Part shown: positions 50,139 through 61,769 of the stretch, piece after piece | Layout of the letters: each line of letters begins with the position of its first letter | Numbering within the stretch: position 1 is the first letter of the stretch | From: Squalus acanthias | Lineage: Eukaryota | Direction: 5' to 3' | Assembly: GCA_030390025.1 (NCBI GenBank) | Contig: CM059431.1 | Coordinates: 115,074,001-115,138,000 of the forward strand | DNA length: 64,000 bases | Notes under the pieces: generated by a model | Databases searched by the model: none | Told to the model about the DNA's origin: nothing | What the model saw: only the letters and a program-made list of their open reading frames with translations | Translations under genes and position numbers: made by a program

Positions 50139-52089
50139 TCTGTGCTGAGTTAGCTGATCTCGGCCAAGTTAGCAGGAGGGGTACTATAATTGGTCTTAGA
50201 GTCCCCTGGGTTATGGAGAGTAAAGATGTATTCAGTTCCTGTTTCTGATTGCTCGCCAGTGACCCCTGCTGGAAGATCCATGCATGTGGGCATCAACTGA
50301 GGACAGGATTGGGCTTGGCATGGTAGGGTAGTCTGCCAGCACTTACCGTCTATGTTCACGTATGAATAATGGACATTTGGATGAGGTACTGAAGGCCTGT
50401 CAGCACCTGCAGAGCATTGTGGAACTTTGCCCAGCAAAAATCAGCACCTTTGGGAGAGGAGGGGGGAAAAATGGAAACAAATTACAGTTCTCAAAGAGAT
50501 GAGAGAAGAACTGCTAGATATTTCTTGTCTAAAGACAAGTTATGCATGAACATTGTAACTATTGATGTGCTTGATAAGTATTTTGAAGTATAGTGTACAT
50601 CAGGTGAAAGGAAACAATCCAGTTAGATCTGGTGATTGTTAAGCTTCTGGATGTCTCAATGTGACGTCTTGCATACTGTAAACCTGCTAAGCTGTATATA
50701 CCCACCTTAGCATTGGTGATGAAAGAACTTGCATTACTTTTGATTAGATTAGTTCAAAATCTCTACGAGTGATGAGCAGTACTTTTACGTCAGCTGTATA
50801 AATTGCATACAGCTTCTGTATGTGCTATGTGTATTAATGTGGACCCTTAATGAAGTGCGCACTACAGTTATGCGCATTGTGAGGGACTAGAGCTGCAAAA
50901 GTTTCCCTAACTTCTGATACATTTCTGCAAAAATTGTTTGAGGTAGGTACCTACCCATGCTGCTAACACTTTAAAGATTGCCACACTGATTCAGACATCA
51001 AACTGCAAATAGCTGCAATAACGATGTGATAGACTAAAGTGATCTGTAAAGGGGTTTGTGTTCACAGCAACTGACAAAGATTGGATTGTTTTCTCCTGTC
51101 CATTCACATTAACAATGCACCATTCTGTACCTCATAAGCACCTAATATATTCCAACTCTTTGGCCTGACCTGTAATCCCCTCTATGCCCATTTGACCCAT
51201 CTGTGTTTCATTTCCCACTCATCAAAATCCAAGATATGGGCCAGACCCTGTTTGCAACCATTAGACAGAGCTTGGCACTGTTCCCTCTTCCTGCACCACA
51301 TCCTCTGGCAAAAAAATGACCATCAGATGAGAGAACAGTGCCTGCATTGTCGACGACCAAGATCTGGAAGCACTTTCAATCATTTGCACTCTATACCCAC
51401 TCAAACGTATTAATGCGATCAACATCGAGACTGTTGTGGGCATTCTCTGCAAATAGCTTGCTAACATTCCAGGCATGTACTTCCCAAAACAAGACCAAGT
51501 CTGGGTGTTGAATGCTTCATTGGAAAATAACCAAAAGTTTAAAGCTTAGCTTGGCGCTTGTGGTGTTGATTCTTAATAAGTGACTTCCTAAAAGCACAGG
51601 CTGGGGCTTTGCAACTTAATGACTTGCTTGAAAATATTTTCTAGGTAGCTCATACCGCTTTATTTCCTGTGTTATGTGTCACGTCATGGGTAACATTCAC
51701 TGAATCCACCCTGTTTGAGTACACTGGCAGTTTTTTTTCCAAGGCTGTTAGTTTAAACAGTAAAAAATGTTCTGACCCAAGCTGAGCTCATAGATTTCCG
51801 CACTGATGCAGCCTCTGTTTTACTCATAAAACAGGAAAACGTGACGACTGGAGATTACCTTTGGTGAACTGCTTGCCCCTATTCTGCGTATTTTCTGTCG
51901 TCACAGTCTGCCTTGTGAAGCAAATGTTAATGTTTAGAGCAAATGGCGAAGATTTGATTCACAACTCAAAACAATGGCCCAGAAGTTCGATCGCGCAGCA
52001 CCCGTTTTTCGAGTGCAATACAGATGGCTAGCGATCCAATATGGCTGGTGGAGTGTGCGCGCCCATCTGACGGCAGAAGGGCGCTGCCT

Positions 52090-54363
52090 GCAAAAAGAAT
52101 CTAGGGAAGAGATAGCAGAGGCATTACTACACATATTTAGTAATTCGTTAGAAAAAAGTGTAGTGCCAGAGGACTGGAGGATAGCTAACGTAATACCGAC
52201 ATTTAAGAAGGGAGATAGAACATGTCCAGGGAACTATAGGCCAGTCAGCTTAACATCGGTGGCAGGAAAAACAATCGAATCCCTACTAAAGGAGAAAAAT
52301 GGAAGAACATCTAGAAACCAAAAATATAACAATAAATAGTCAGCATGGATTTCAAAAGGGAACGTCTTGCTTGACCAACCTAATTGAATTTTTTGAAGAG
52401 GTAACAGAGAGAGTAGACAAGGGTAATGCAGTAGATGTAATTTAACTAGATTTTCAAAAGGCCTTCGATAAGGTACCACATAATAGACTGATGAATAAGG
52501 TCAGGGAATGCGAGGTCAGGGGACAAGTAGCAGAATGGATAGCTCGCTGGCTTCAAGACAGAAAGCAGAGAGTAGGGGTAAAGGGCAGCTATTCACAGTG
52601 GCAGAAGGTGGGAAGTGGTGTTCCACAAGGATCAGTGCTGGGACCACTGTTGTTCACAATTTATGTTAATGATTTAGACTTCTAGATACAATTTCTAAAT
52701 TTGCGGATGACACCAAATTGGGGAGGATACTCAATACTGAGGAGGACTGCAACAAATTACAAGAAGACATTAATAAACTTGCAGAATGGGCATATAATTG
52801 GCAAATGAAGTTCAACACAGATAAATGTGAAGTATTACATTTTGGTAAGAAAAATAGGGAGGTCACATATTACTTGGAAAATAAGAATCTAAATGGGGTC
52901 GAGGAGCAAAGGGATCTCGGAGTACAAATACACAAATCACTAAAAGTATTGGCCTAGAAATTCGGGTGGCCGGCTTGCCGCGGGGGTAAGGATCTCGCGC
53001 GCTCTTACCCACCGCGCCTGCCGTTGTGTTTCAGGCCCACAGGAACTTCGGGTCCCGGGCCTCTCCCTAGTGCCGGCGCGCAGTGCTTGCGTGTTCCAGG
53101 GGCGCAGTTAGTGCGATGCGACCCCTGGGATCACGTGGGCCATGGAGAGCCAATGGCAGGAGACCTGTCAAATCTGTGAATTGAAATCGGCCCCAAAAGA
53201 ACAGCTAAACCTCAAATAAATTTTTTTTAAAAAACCATCACATTAATAAAATAACTATAGTTAAATAAATTAACCACTTTAAACAAAAATTTAAATTTTT
53301 GAAAAAATTAAAATACTTTTTAAAAGTTATAAAAATAAACTTACCTTTCTTTAAAGTCTCTAAAAAAGATAAACCTGTTGAAAAAAATTTAAAATTATAC
53401 TTAATTAACGACTTACCTTGTTCAAAAGGGGTCTTATGCCTCCTTTTTACTAGCGTAGTTTCTTCCATACTTACCCTCGCGTTGAAACCTGAAAAAAAAC
53501 CTAAGTGTGCTGCGTGCGCACAGCCTCTAGTGTGCACACGGTTCACCTAGGAACCGCCCCCTTCGCCATACTGGAAGTGCCGGTTTCCCGCGCATGTGCA
53601 GTGCATGCAGGAAACCAGCACTTCGGGAATGAATACGGGTGAGTACACAGTCCGTACTCACCCGAGAACGGCCGAATTTTTGGGCCAATGACACAGGGTA
53701 ACAAGGCCATACAAAAAGCAAACCAAGCACTAGGGTTTATTTCTAGAGGGATAGAATTGAAACATAGTGAAGTTATGCTAAACTTGTATCGAACCTTGGT
53801 TAGACCACACTTGGAGTACTGCGTACAATTCTGGTCGCCATATTATAAAAAGGATATAGAGGTACTGGAGAGGGTGCAGAGAAGGTTTACAAGGATGATA
53901 CCAGAAATGCAAGGGTATACCTATCAGGAAAGGATGAACAGGTTGGGTCTCTTTTCTCTTGAAAAGAGAAGGCTGAGGGGTGACCTAATAGAGGTCTTTA
54001 AAATCATGAAAGGTTTTGATAGAGTAGATACAGAGAGAGTGTTTCCACTTGTGGGGAAGAGCAAAACTAGAGGCCATCAATATCAGATAGTCACCAAGAA
54101 ATCAAATAGGGAATTCAGAAGAAACTTGTTTACACAGAGAGTGGTGAGAATGTGGAACTCGCTACCACAGGGAGTGGTTGAAGCGAATAGTATAGATGCA
54201 TTTAAGGGGAGGCTAGACAAGCATATGAGGGAAAAGGGAATAGAGGGTTATGCTGAAAGATTTAGATGAGGAAAGATGGGAGGAGGCTCGAGTTGAGCAT
54301 AAACGCCGGCATGGACTGGTTGGGCCGAATGGCCTGGTTCTGTGCTGTATATCCTATGTAATC
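52090..54363 (+). mobile_element. CR1 LINE, 5'-truncated (RT and 3' UTR), split by a MITE
   Basis: [45 protein letters not shown]. Confidence 0.95.
52951..53686. mobile_element. Harbinger-type MITE (copy 3 of the 11340 family) inside CR1
   Basis: GGCCTAGAAATTCGG...CCGAATTTTTGGGCC termini. Confidence 0.85.
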
Positions 54364-54399
54364 CCTGTAGTGAACCAGGTGTGTGTCGGAAGTAAGAAA

Positions 54400-55438
54400 A
54401 AACCTGATCATAATATTAAAATAAGGCTCGTTGTAGGACCCTTTTGTGAAATTGGTATGCCCCAGTGCCTGCATTTCCATGTCATCAACTGGCCCAGCAG
54501 ATTCTGGCGCTAACAGTCAGGAAGCACTATTTAAAGCGACCATCCACTCCTCATAGAGAAGTTGCTGGTTTGTCCTGTTACGCTGCTGGTGAACGCCTGT
54601 GCCTTTATTTTGGTCATTTTGTCTGTAGGAGAACTGACTTCTGCGTTCTGGGAACAACCTTTTGGAGGTACAGAACTGTCTGCCTTGCAAATATTGAATT
54701 TGTCTCATGGGTGCTCTGTTGGGTCTGCCTTTGTGACTGGAGGAGGAGGAGGGGCAGCAGCAGCAAAAATACCTCCAGAGAGCAGCTGGGAGAAGAGGGA
54801 GGGGGAGGGCACTGAGCCGGAATCCCTACCCAGAGCAGGTCTTCGGGCAACACTTCTCCTATCACAGCCAGGCATGGTAGCAATGAGTGAGGCACGCACA
54901 CTTCACCAGGGAGTACGTAACTGAGCTGTGTTACCAAACCAGGGCATGGACAGCAGTGCCTGTGACTGTAAAGGGTCACCGTGGCCTTTAACTTCGATGC
55001 CACAAGCTCCTTTCAGGCTGTAGCAGGTGACATCAGCGACGTCTCCCAGTTGGCTGTACACTGCTGCACAATGGAGGTGACCAAGGCTCTCTACTCCAGG
55101 AGGAACAACTACACTTGCTTCCCCATGGACCAAACAAAGCAGGACGAGAAGGCACTAGGCTTCGTCTGCTGTGTGCACGCCATCAGCAGCCTGGCATACT
55201 CATGAACAAAGCGGGATACCACTCTTTCAACGTCTAATTCATTTGCGACCATGGGCAGCAGATATTGCAGGGTTGTGCCCGGTTTCACAGCAAACATGAT
55301 TTATTCATCCTGTGCCAGCTTTCTATCCCGCCTCAATGGAAAAAAAAATCAGGCAGGGCTCAAAATGGGCTAATGATTTGCTATCGCCTATTTTGTGCTT
55401 TCCCCCTCCTCTCCTGCCCCAAGACCAATTTCACTCCC
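54400..55438 (+). mobile_element. Decayed Harbinger element with a transposase remnant
   Basis: AFNFDATSSFQAVAGDISDVSQLAVH and MNKAGYHSFNV.FICDH; ends AATTTCACTCCC followed by TAA. Confidence 0.75.
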
Positions 55439-55522
55439 TAACTTTTTAAAGGTCAACATTCTAACACTATTATTAATATGTAATGTGTTTCTGTAAGCTT
55501 ATGACGAATTCAATACTACATA

Positions 55523-55830
55523 GGGCTGAATTTTCCATGATGGTAGCGGGTTTGATCGGTGGTGGGTTGGGTGGGAAAGTTGTTTTTTTTACAGAGGGTT
55601 GGGAACCTGCTGTCAACTTGCTCCCACGCGCCTTTCCCACAGGCGCGTCTGTCAGCGTGGAGCCAACCCGATCTGCAGTGGCGGGGGACCCAATTGAAAT
55701 CATTACGAGGTACTTTACAGGCACTTAAGAGCCTTTTTCCCCCTACTTTTTAAATTTCCTTGAATGGCCACGGGATTCTCACAGCTCGGGAGCCACGTCT
55801 GTCAACCTGAGGCGGCAGTTCCGTGGCCAT
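55523..55830. mobile_element. Terminal fragment of a Harbinger element of the 39650-39922 type
   Basis: GGGCTGAATTTT start; GC-rich subterminal motifs similar to the reverse complement of 39700-39922. Confidence 0.5.
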
Positions 55831-56202
55831 TGCTCCAGCTGATTACTTGACAGCATGGAAAACAAACCAAAATAAAAACCTATTGATTACATCAGCTAAC
55901 AGATTGATGGAGATTCGGTTCTACTTGAAAAGCTACTAGTAAATATTAATTTTTCACTAGCCATTCTTGGCTGTTGCCATCCAAATGAACAGTAATTGCA
56001 GTGTAAAGAATGACATATACCATTTAAATAAATGTTTGTGTTGTTTCTGGTCAGGTTTTTTGCACAGTATACTGTGATTGTCCAGTTACACATTAAATCA
56101 AGTCATTAACCGTAACAATTTCATTCTCATCACTCATTCCACTGATTCAATTTGCTTTCAGTCCCTGAATATGACTAATTTAATTTTTCAGTCTGAGACT
56201 TT

Positions 56203-56361
56203 AGGGTGAATTTCTGCAGCAGTTCTCTCACTTGTCCATTGTTAACTTCAACGGAGGAGTTGCAAAAATCCCAGAAACACATTGTAAGCACCACTTACAC
56301 TGTTTGTCAGGGATTCTGCAGCTTTTCCGCTGAACTTGCATAAGATTGTAAATCCACCCCT
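56203..56361. mobile_element. Short palindromic MITE
   Basis: AGGGTGAATTT...AAATCCACCCCT termini with inverted inner arms. Confidence 0.5.
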
Positions 56362-56871
56362 TTACAATCACATTTAAAATCTGCTTAATTTTATGTATTA
56401 CCTATACACACACATCTTTTATTTGTACCAGTTACTGATACAAAAATCTAGAGATTTGTGACTAAAGCACCAATAACTTCCCAATTAATGTACTTTTTAA
56501 TGTTCTTGATCGTTTTTGCAGATGGAGTCATATTACTTAATGATAATTTTACTTAAATATTTCTTTGTCACTCATATATAACTTTTATTATATGATTGTA
56601 CGGTAAAGATTCAACACCTACTATGTTATACTGAACTTAAAATTTAATGTGCCCAGGGTCACTTTAAGGATCCCGGCTTAAAATGCGTCATGAATGCCGT
56701 CACCAGACCCGCTCCATCTAATTGGGCCGGGTAATGTGCTGGGCGGGCTTAATAAGCCCCATTAAGGTAAGTTCATTTTGTATAGCGGGATGGAGCAAGT
56801 AGTGGGGTTGGGACCCTCCACGGACACCAGCTGCACTGGACCCGCCATGGTAAGAAAAATTCCGGCCATAG

Positions 56872-58540
56872 TGTTTATAGCACAGAAACAGGCCGTTCGG
56901 CCCAACAGATCTACGCCCGCACGAGCCTCCACCCACCCTTCTTCATCTAACCCCATAAACATATCCTTCTATTCCTTTCTCCCTCGTGTATTTATCCAGC
57001 TTTCCCTTAAATGTATCTATGCTACTTGCCTTAACTACTCCCTGTGGTAGTGAGTTCCACATTCTAACCACTCTCTGGGTAAAGAAGTTTCTCCTGAATT
57101 CATATTTGGTTTATTCATGACTATCTTATATTTATGGCCCCTAGTTCTGGTCTCCCCCGCAAGTGGAAACACCTTCTCTACGTCTACCCTATCAAAACCT
57201 TTCATAATCTTAAAGACCTCTATCAGGTTACTCCTCAGTCTTCTCTTTTCTAGAGAAAAGGGCCCCACCTCATTCAATCTTCTCCAGTGTCTCTATATCC
57301 TTTTTATAATATGGGCTGGAATTTTAATCTGGAGTTGGGTCGAGAGGGAGGGGCTAGAAACCGGTCGGGAAACCCGGGAAAACAGGTTTCCCGCCGGCCC
57401 TGCCGGAGTTAACGGCAGGGCCTGATTTGCATTTCAAAGCTCTTTTTCCCACCTGCAGCCAGCCAGATGGAGAGGCTGGCTGGATTTATGGGCGGGTAGG
57501 CCTGCGCCACTAGGCTGCAGAGAGGAGGGAGAGAGGGATCGGGTGGGAGTCGGGGTGTGGTCGGGGGTTGGAGGAGGATCGGGGGGTAGAAAGAATCAGG
57601 GCCGACTGGAGAAAGATCGGGTTGGCGGGGTGGGGGGGGAGAGAGGATCAAGGCTGACCAGTGGGGGCGGGGGGAGCATCAGGGCCAGATGGAGGAGCAT
57701 CGGTGAGGGTGGGCGCGGGGGAGGATCAGGGCCAGAGCATCGGGGGGAGGGGAGGAGGAGAGGATCGGGACTGGAGGAGCATCAGGGCTGGAGGGGGGAG
57801 TCCGGAAAGGTGACCGGAGGCCTCGTGAGCTGATCGGAGGCCTCGTGGGTTGGGGGGGGGTTGCATTGGAGGCCTCAGGTGGGTGATCGGAGGCCTCAGG
57901 GGACATTGGAGGCTTGGGGGGGGGTGGGATCAGAGGTCCTGTGGGGGGAATCAGAGGCCTCGGGGGGTATTGGAGGTCTCGGGGTGGGGGGGGAGTTCAG
58001 AAGCCTTGGGGGGGGGTCTCCGATAGCGGGTGGTGGGTGATGCAGGGACGCTGGATCCAGGATGTAAGTGTAAAGGCACTTACCTCCGGATCCAGCAGTG
58101 CTTGACTTACTTTAGCTGGCGGGTTCCCCAAGGCCTACGAAACCCGATCAGCCACAGTTAAATTTGTAATGGTGGTTAAATCTGAGGCACGCCAGCCTCA
58201 TTATAATATTTAAATTGGACGACACGCCTCCTGGGAGCAGCTCGGCTGCCCGCCCAGCTGTCCCACCTCTGTTGAAACGGGAAGTGGGCGGGTTGGGGGG
58301 TCGGGATTCAGTTTTTTAACACTTTAACCTCCCACCCGGCCCCAACCCACCTGTTTTTTGGGGTTAAAATTCCCCCCTTGGAGATCGGAACTGTTTACAG
58401 TACTCCAAGTGTGGTCTAACCAAGGTTCTATATAAGTTTAACATAACTTCTCTGCTTTTCAATTCTATCCCTCTATAAATGAACCCCAGTGCTTTGTTTG
58501 CTTTTTTATGGCCTTCTTAATCTGCGTTATTACTTTTTGT
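56872..58540 (-). mobile_element. CR1 3' fragment split by a MITE
   Basis: FSLEKRRLRSNLIEVFKIMKGFDRV; CR1 sequence resumes at 58378. Confidence 0.9.
57314..58377. mobile_element. GC-rich Harbinger-type element with an internal G-rich degenerate tandem array
   Basis: GGCTGGAATTTTAA...TTAAAATTCCCCCC termini, flanks ATG/TTG, internal GATCGGAGGCCTC-like units. Confidence 0.8.
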
Positions 58541-58796
58541 CAAATTGTTTCCATCAAGAAAGATAGGTTTAATTTTTTTTAATTGTGCACAAATTATGAA
58601 GAAGCTCCTGTAGACTTGCCTTCTATCGTGTATTTTTAAATATTGCGAGGCACAAATTGTACAGGATACTTCAGCAAGTTCTATTGCAGAAGAGCAGCAC
58701 TGTTAAAAACAGAGCCCTTTGTAACTATAAGCTCCACAGGGAAGCCATTCACTTTTATAAAAAAGCACCTATTGCAGAACCTATGTGTATATCCAC

Positions 58797-59025
58797 TGAC
58801 GTAAGAAAACTACTAGGCACTTGGTCTAAGCGTTAAACAAAGCTTTAATCAACTGTTTTTCAACATGGAGATCTAGTTGTGTCCTTCACTAGTTACTGTT
58901 AAAGAATGTCCTGAGCAAGCTGGGCCCATGCCCGAGTATTTATACTCTCCCTGGACAGCGCCACCAGCAGGCCGCCCAGTATTATTTCATAAGTCATTTC
59001 CACATGAATGACAAGATTCATGTCA
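58797..59025 (-). mobile_element. Solo LTR, 229 bp (copy B)
   Basis: Reverse complement of 35364-35592, with a perfect 5-bp TSD TCCAC (58792-58796 and 59026-59030). Confidence 0.9.
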
Positions 59026-60375
59026 TCCACTGTACCTAAAACTTTCCTGATTGAGAGCTTACCCTTAAAAATGCCTTGTGTAATTTTCAAACCCTTCTCC
59101 ATCATTTAGACAAAGGGATATAACTTCCAGGAATAAAATTTGTAACCTTCGTCTTAGCTACTTGCTTTCAATACGTACTTTTCGAGAGCATCATGGCAAG
59201 AATGTGCTAATTTGAAGAAGATGCTGCGGCAATTTTGTTTCTTTTTAATGGAGCCTAAATAGGCGAGCAAAAAGGGTAAATTTGTAAAGCATAACTGAAC
59301 GACATTGCCCTCAGAATGCCCCAAGAGCATCTTAACTTTAAATTGTTCTTATTTTCCAGAAAACATTTTGTAGTCATTAGTGTTTGCTCTAGTTTAAGGC
59401 ATTATCGCCAACAAATAAAAACAATTCGTACCACTCCAGAAGTCTGCTGAACATAATAAAGATTATTTAAATAGATGTGGCTGTTTAAAATGTCAGTTCC
59501 CCGACAAACTCCCATGAGAGACATGAGATAATTCTTTAGCAGTCTGTGCTAGCAGTTTTGCGTGACAAGGTCAAAATGTTTCAGTTTCTTCTGAGAGTAC
59601 AATCAAGAAAGAAATGTTTTATGCGATCAATTCTTTATTCTCAATCGAGCTATTTACATAAAGTCAACTGGATGCTGATTTTTTTTTAAACTGATTCTTC
59701 ATTGGAAAATCCTATTTGCATATGTTGCCCATAAATGCGGGATTATGTTAAGCTTTTGCATTTTAGTGGAATGAAATGTTGCATTGTGTTGAAGGATTTA
59801 GTGTTGCTGCATTACTTTTTTGAGACATAATTTAATACATGTATAGCTCTTGCACTGTGAACTATGTTGGGTTATTTAATGCGTTTTTTTCTCCAGCTTT
59901 TGATAAAAATGACACAGTTTTTAATGTGATTGACTCCAATCATGAGCTCACACTATTGGCCAGTTTTATTGTGTTACCATAGAAACCATCTAGAAGATAT
60001 TGAATAAAACCGCAGACATTGTAATAAAACCAGAGCCCATCTTCTTCAGGAAAGAAAAGACTGAGTGACACATAAAATTGATTCTTCTGTTAAGAGTCAT
60101 CCAAAGAATTATATATTTAAATACAATCAAGTTTATATTCCCCCTTCGAAGTAATTATTAAAATTCACTATTTTCTGATTGTGGGTTATTAACCTGGCAG
60201 GTACATCTGGGTTTCCTTTTGTCACATTTATGCCTCATGGATTTGATAATCTCACACCTGACAAAAAGCTAATTTTCACACTTTTCAAGCGGTTAACAAG
60301 TTATTTACTCACCAGTACTTCCAAACAGGTCCTAAAAACAATTGTGTGGTGAGAATATCAGCATGCGCATGCAAT

Positions 60376-60561
60376 GGGAGTAACTTTGACTTTGGGCAAT
60401 AGTGTAAAATGGGCGCTATCGATTCAGCCGCCCATTATACATCTCGCTTGATTTTCATTTCTATTGACTTCATTGGAAGTGAAAATCGGGACAGATGTAT
60501 CACGGGCGGCTGAATTGATATCGCCCATTTAACACTATCACCCAAAATTAAAGTTAACCCC
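60376..60561. mobile_element. Palindromic MITE with a central ATTGACTTCATTGG motif
   Basis: Imperfect arms of about 85 bp: ATAGTGTAAAATGGGCGCTATCGATTCAGCCGCCC and GGGCGGCTGAATTGATATCGCCCATTTAACACTAT. Confidence 0.75.
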
Positions 60562-60924
60562 AATGGCTGCTCGCAACATTTGAAGACTCAGATTTTCTGA
60601 ACATAGGCTGGGATTTTCATCGAAACCTGCGGCGAAACATTAACATAAGTATTGCCAATCTTCAGCGCAAAAGATCGCGGACATTTGGGCATAGGTGACT
60701 TGTGTCTATTCTTAAACTAAGCCCGAATTTCCTCAATCTTTCGTGCTGCTTTTGAGATACCACCACTGAAACCTTCTGTCACTCATTAATGTAACTCCGC
60801 CCCCATGCAAATTAATGGAGAATCGCATTTTCTTAAACATGCTGTGCCTAATGTGCGTAAAGGATGGTTTGATTGCTTCAAACTTTAATTTTCATACATA
60901 AAGAGGGACTTAATGAAGGAATAT

Positions 60925-61690
60925 GGGGGGAGAAATTCGGCATGTTAGCGCCCCCAGTTAGTGCCTTGCAGGGGTGCTAACGGGGCGCTCAGTCAGTAGC
61001 GCCGCGGCGGGGTGAATCCCGTGCCGCACAGCAAATTCGTCGGCCCCGTAGCGTCGGCGATAACAATTAATGCCTCGGCACCTTTCGCCATGCAGATCGT
61101 GACGTCAGCGAGTGTGTAATGCTCGCTGGGCGCTCGATCTGCAAACTTCAGTAGCACCCCCCCACCTTACCGCCTCGTGCCAACAGCGCCAGGGAGCGGA
61201 GGTGTGAACCAGCCAGCTGGCAAGGTGCTACTTAAAGGGATGCCCCCCAGCTGTCAAGGAACTTCCGTTTCAAAGGTCAGTTATGAGTGGCAGAGAGCGC
61301 AGGATGTATCTGCAGCCAAATAAAGGCTGCTTAGCCCCAGAGTGTTGCGGTTCATCAAAGGACTTTGCATTTCATCCCACAGCATATTGCCGTTCTGCAC
61401 TCCCCGAATCATTGGGGGCTGGTGCGCTGACTCCAGTGACCCTCCCCTTTAATGGCTGGAAGGCACCTTCGCCAATGCTCACTCCCGATTACACAAGACC
61501 TCATATTCGTTATCGCTTGGAGCCTAACGCCACTCACCTACGCCATTAGCACCTAATTTAGCGCTCCCCTGCATTCTTTGAGCGTTGAAACTGAATTTAG
61601 CAGGCAGCGAGATTGATTAGTGCCTGGCGCTAAACTTCCAACTTCTCAAAAGTTAGCACCCAAACCGGGGCAATCCTTCTTGACTACATA
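60925..61690. mobile_element. GC-rich Harbinger-type non-autonomous element related to 1-483
   Basis: GGGGGGAGAAATTCGG start with repeated TTAGCGCC/TTAGCACC motifs. Confidence 0.6.
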
Positions 61691-61769
61691 CATTTGAAAC
61701 AAGATGGAATTTTTTTGGGCCAATGGCTATCCCATAAACTAGCTTCAGTCTGCATAGCGCCCAGCCCAT

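Larger units (their letters stand above)
45880..50480 (+). mobile_element. SINE split by a CR1 insertion (head about 45880-45973, body 50140-50480)
   Basis: A head-like segment ...GTACAGACCAATCAGGTTGCATGTTTGGTCCTTG resumes as TGTGCTGAGTTAGCTGATCTC after the CR1. The same order is seen in the copy at 5370-5430. Confidence 0.55.

Noticed and set aside
51250..51550. Integrase-like fragment (IVDDQ...YPLKRIN)
   Set aside because: The resemblance is too weak, with no DDE spacing or neighbouring retroelement motifs.
35364..59025. The two 229-bp repeats as TIRs of one 23.6-kb giant element
   Set aside because: Each copy has its own separate 5-bp TSD, so they are independent insertions.
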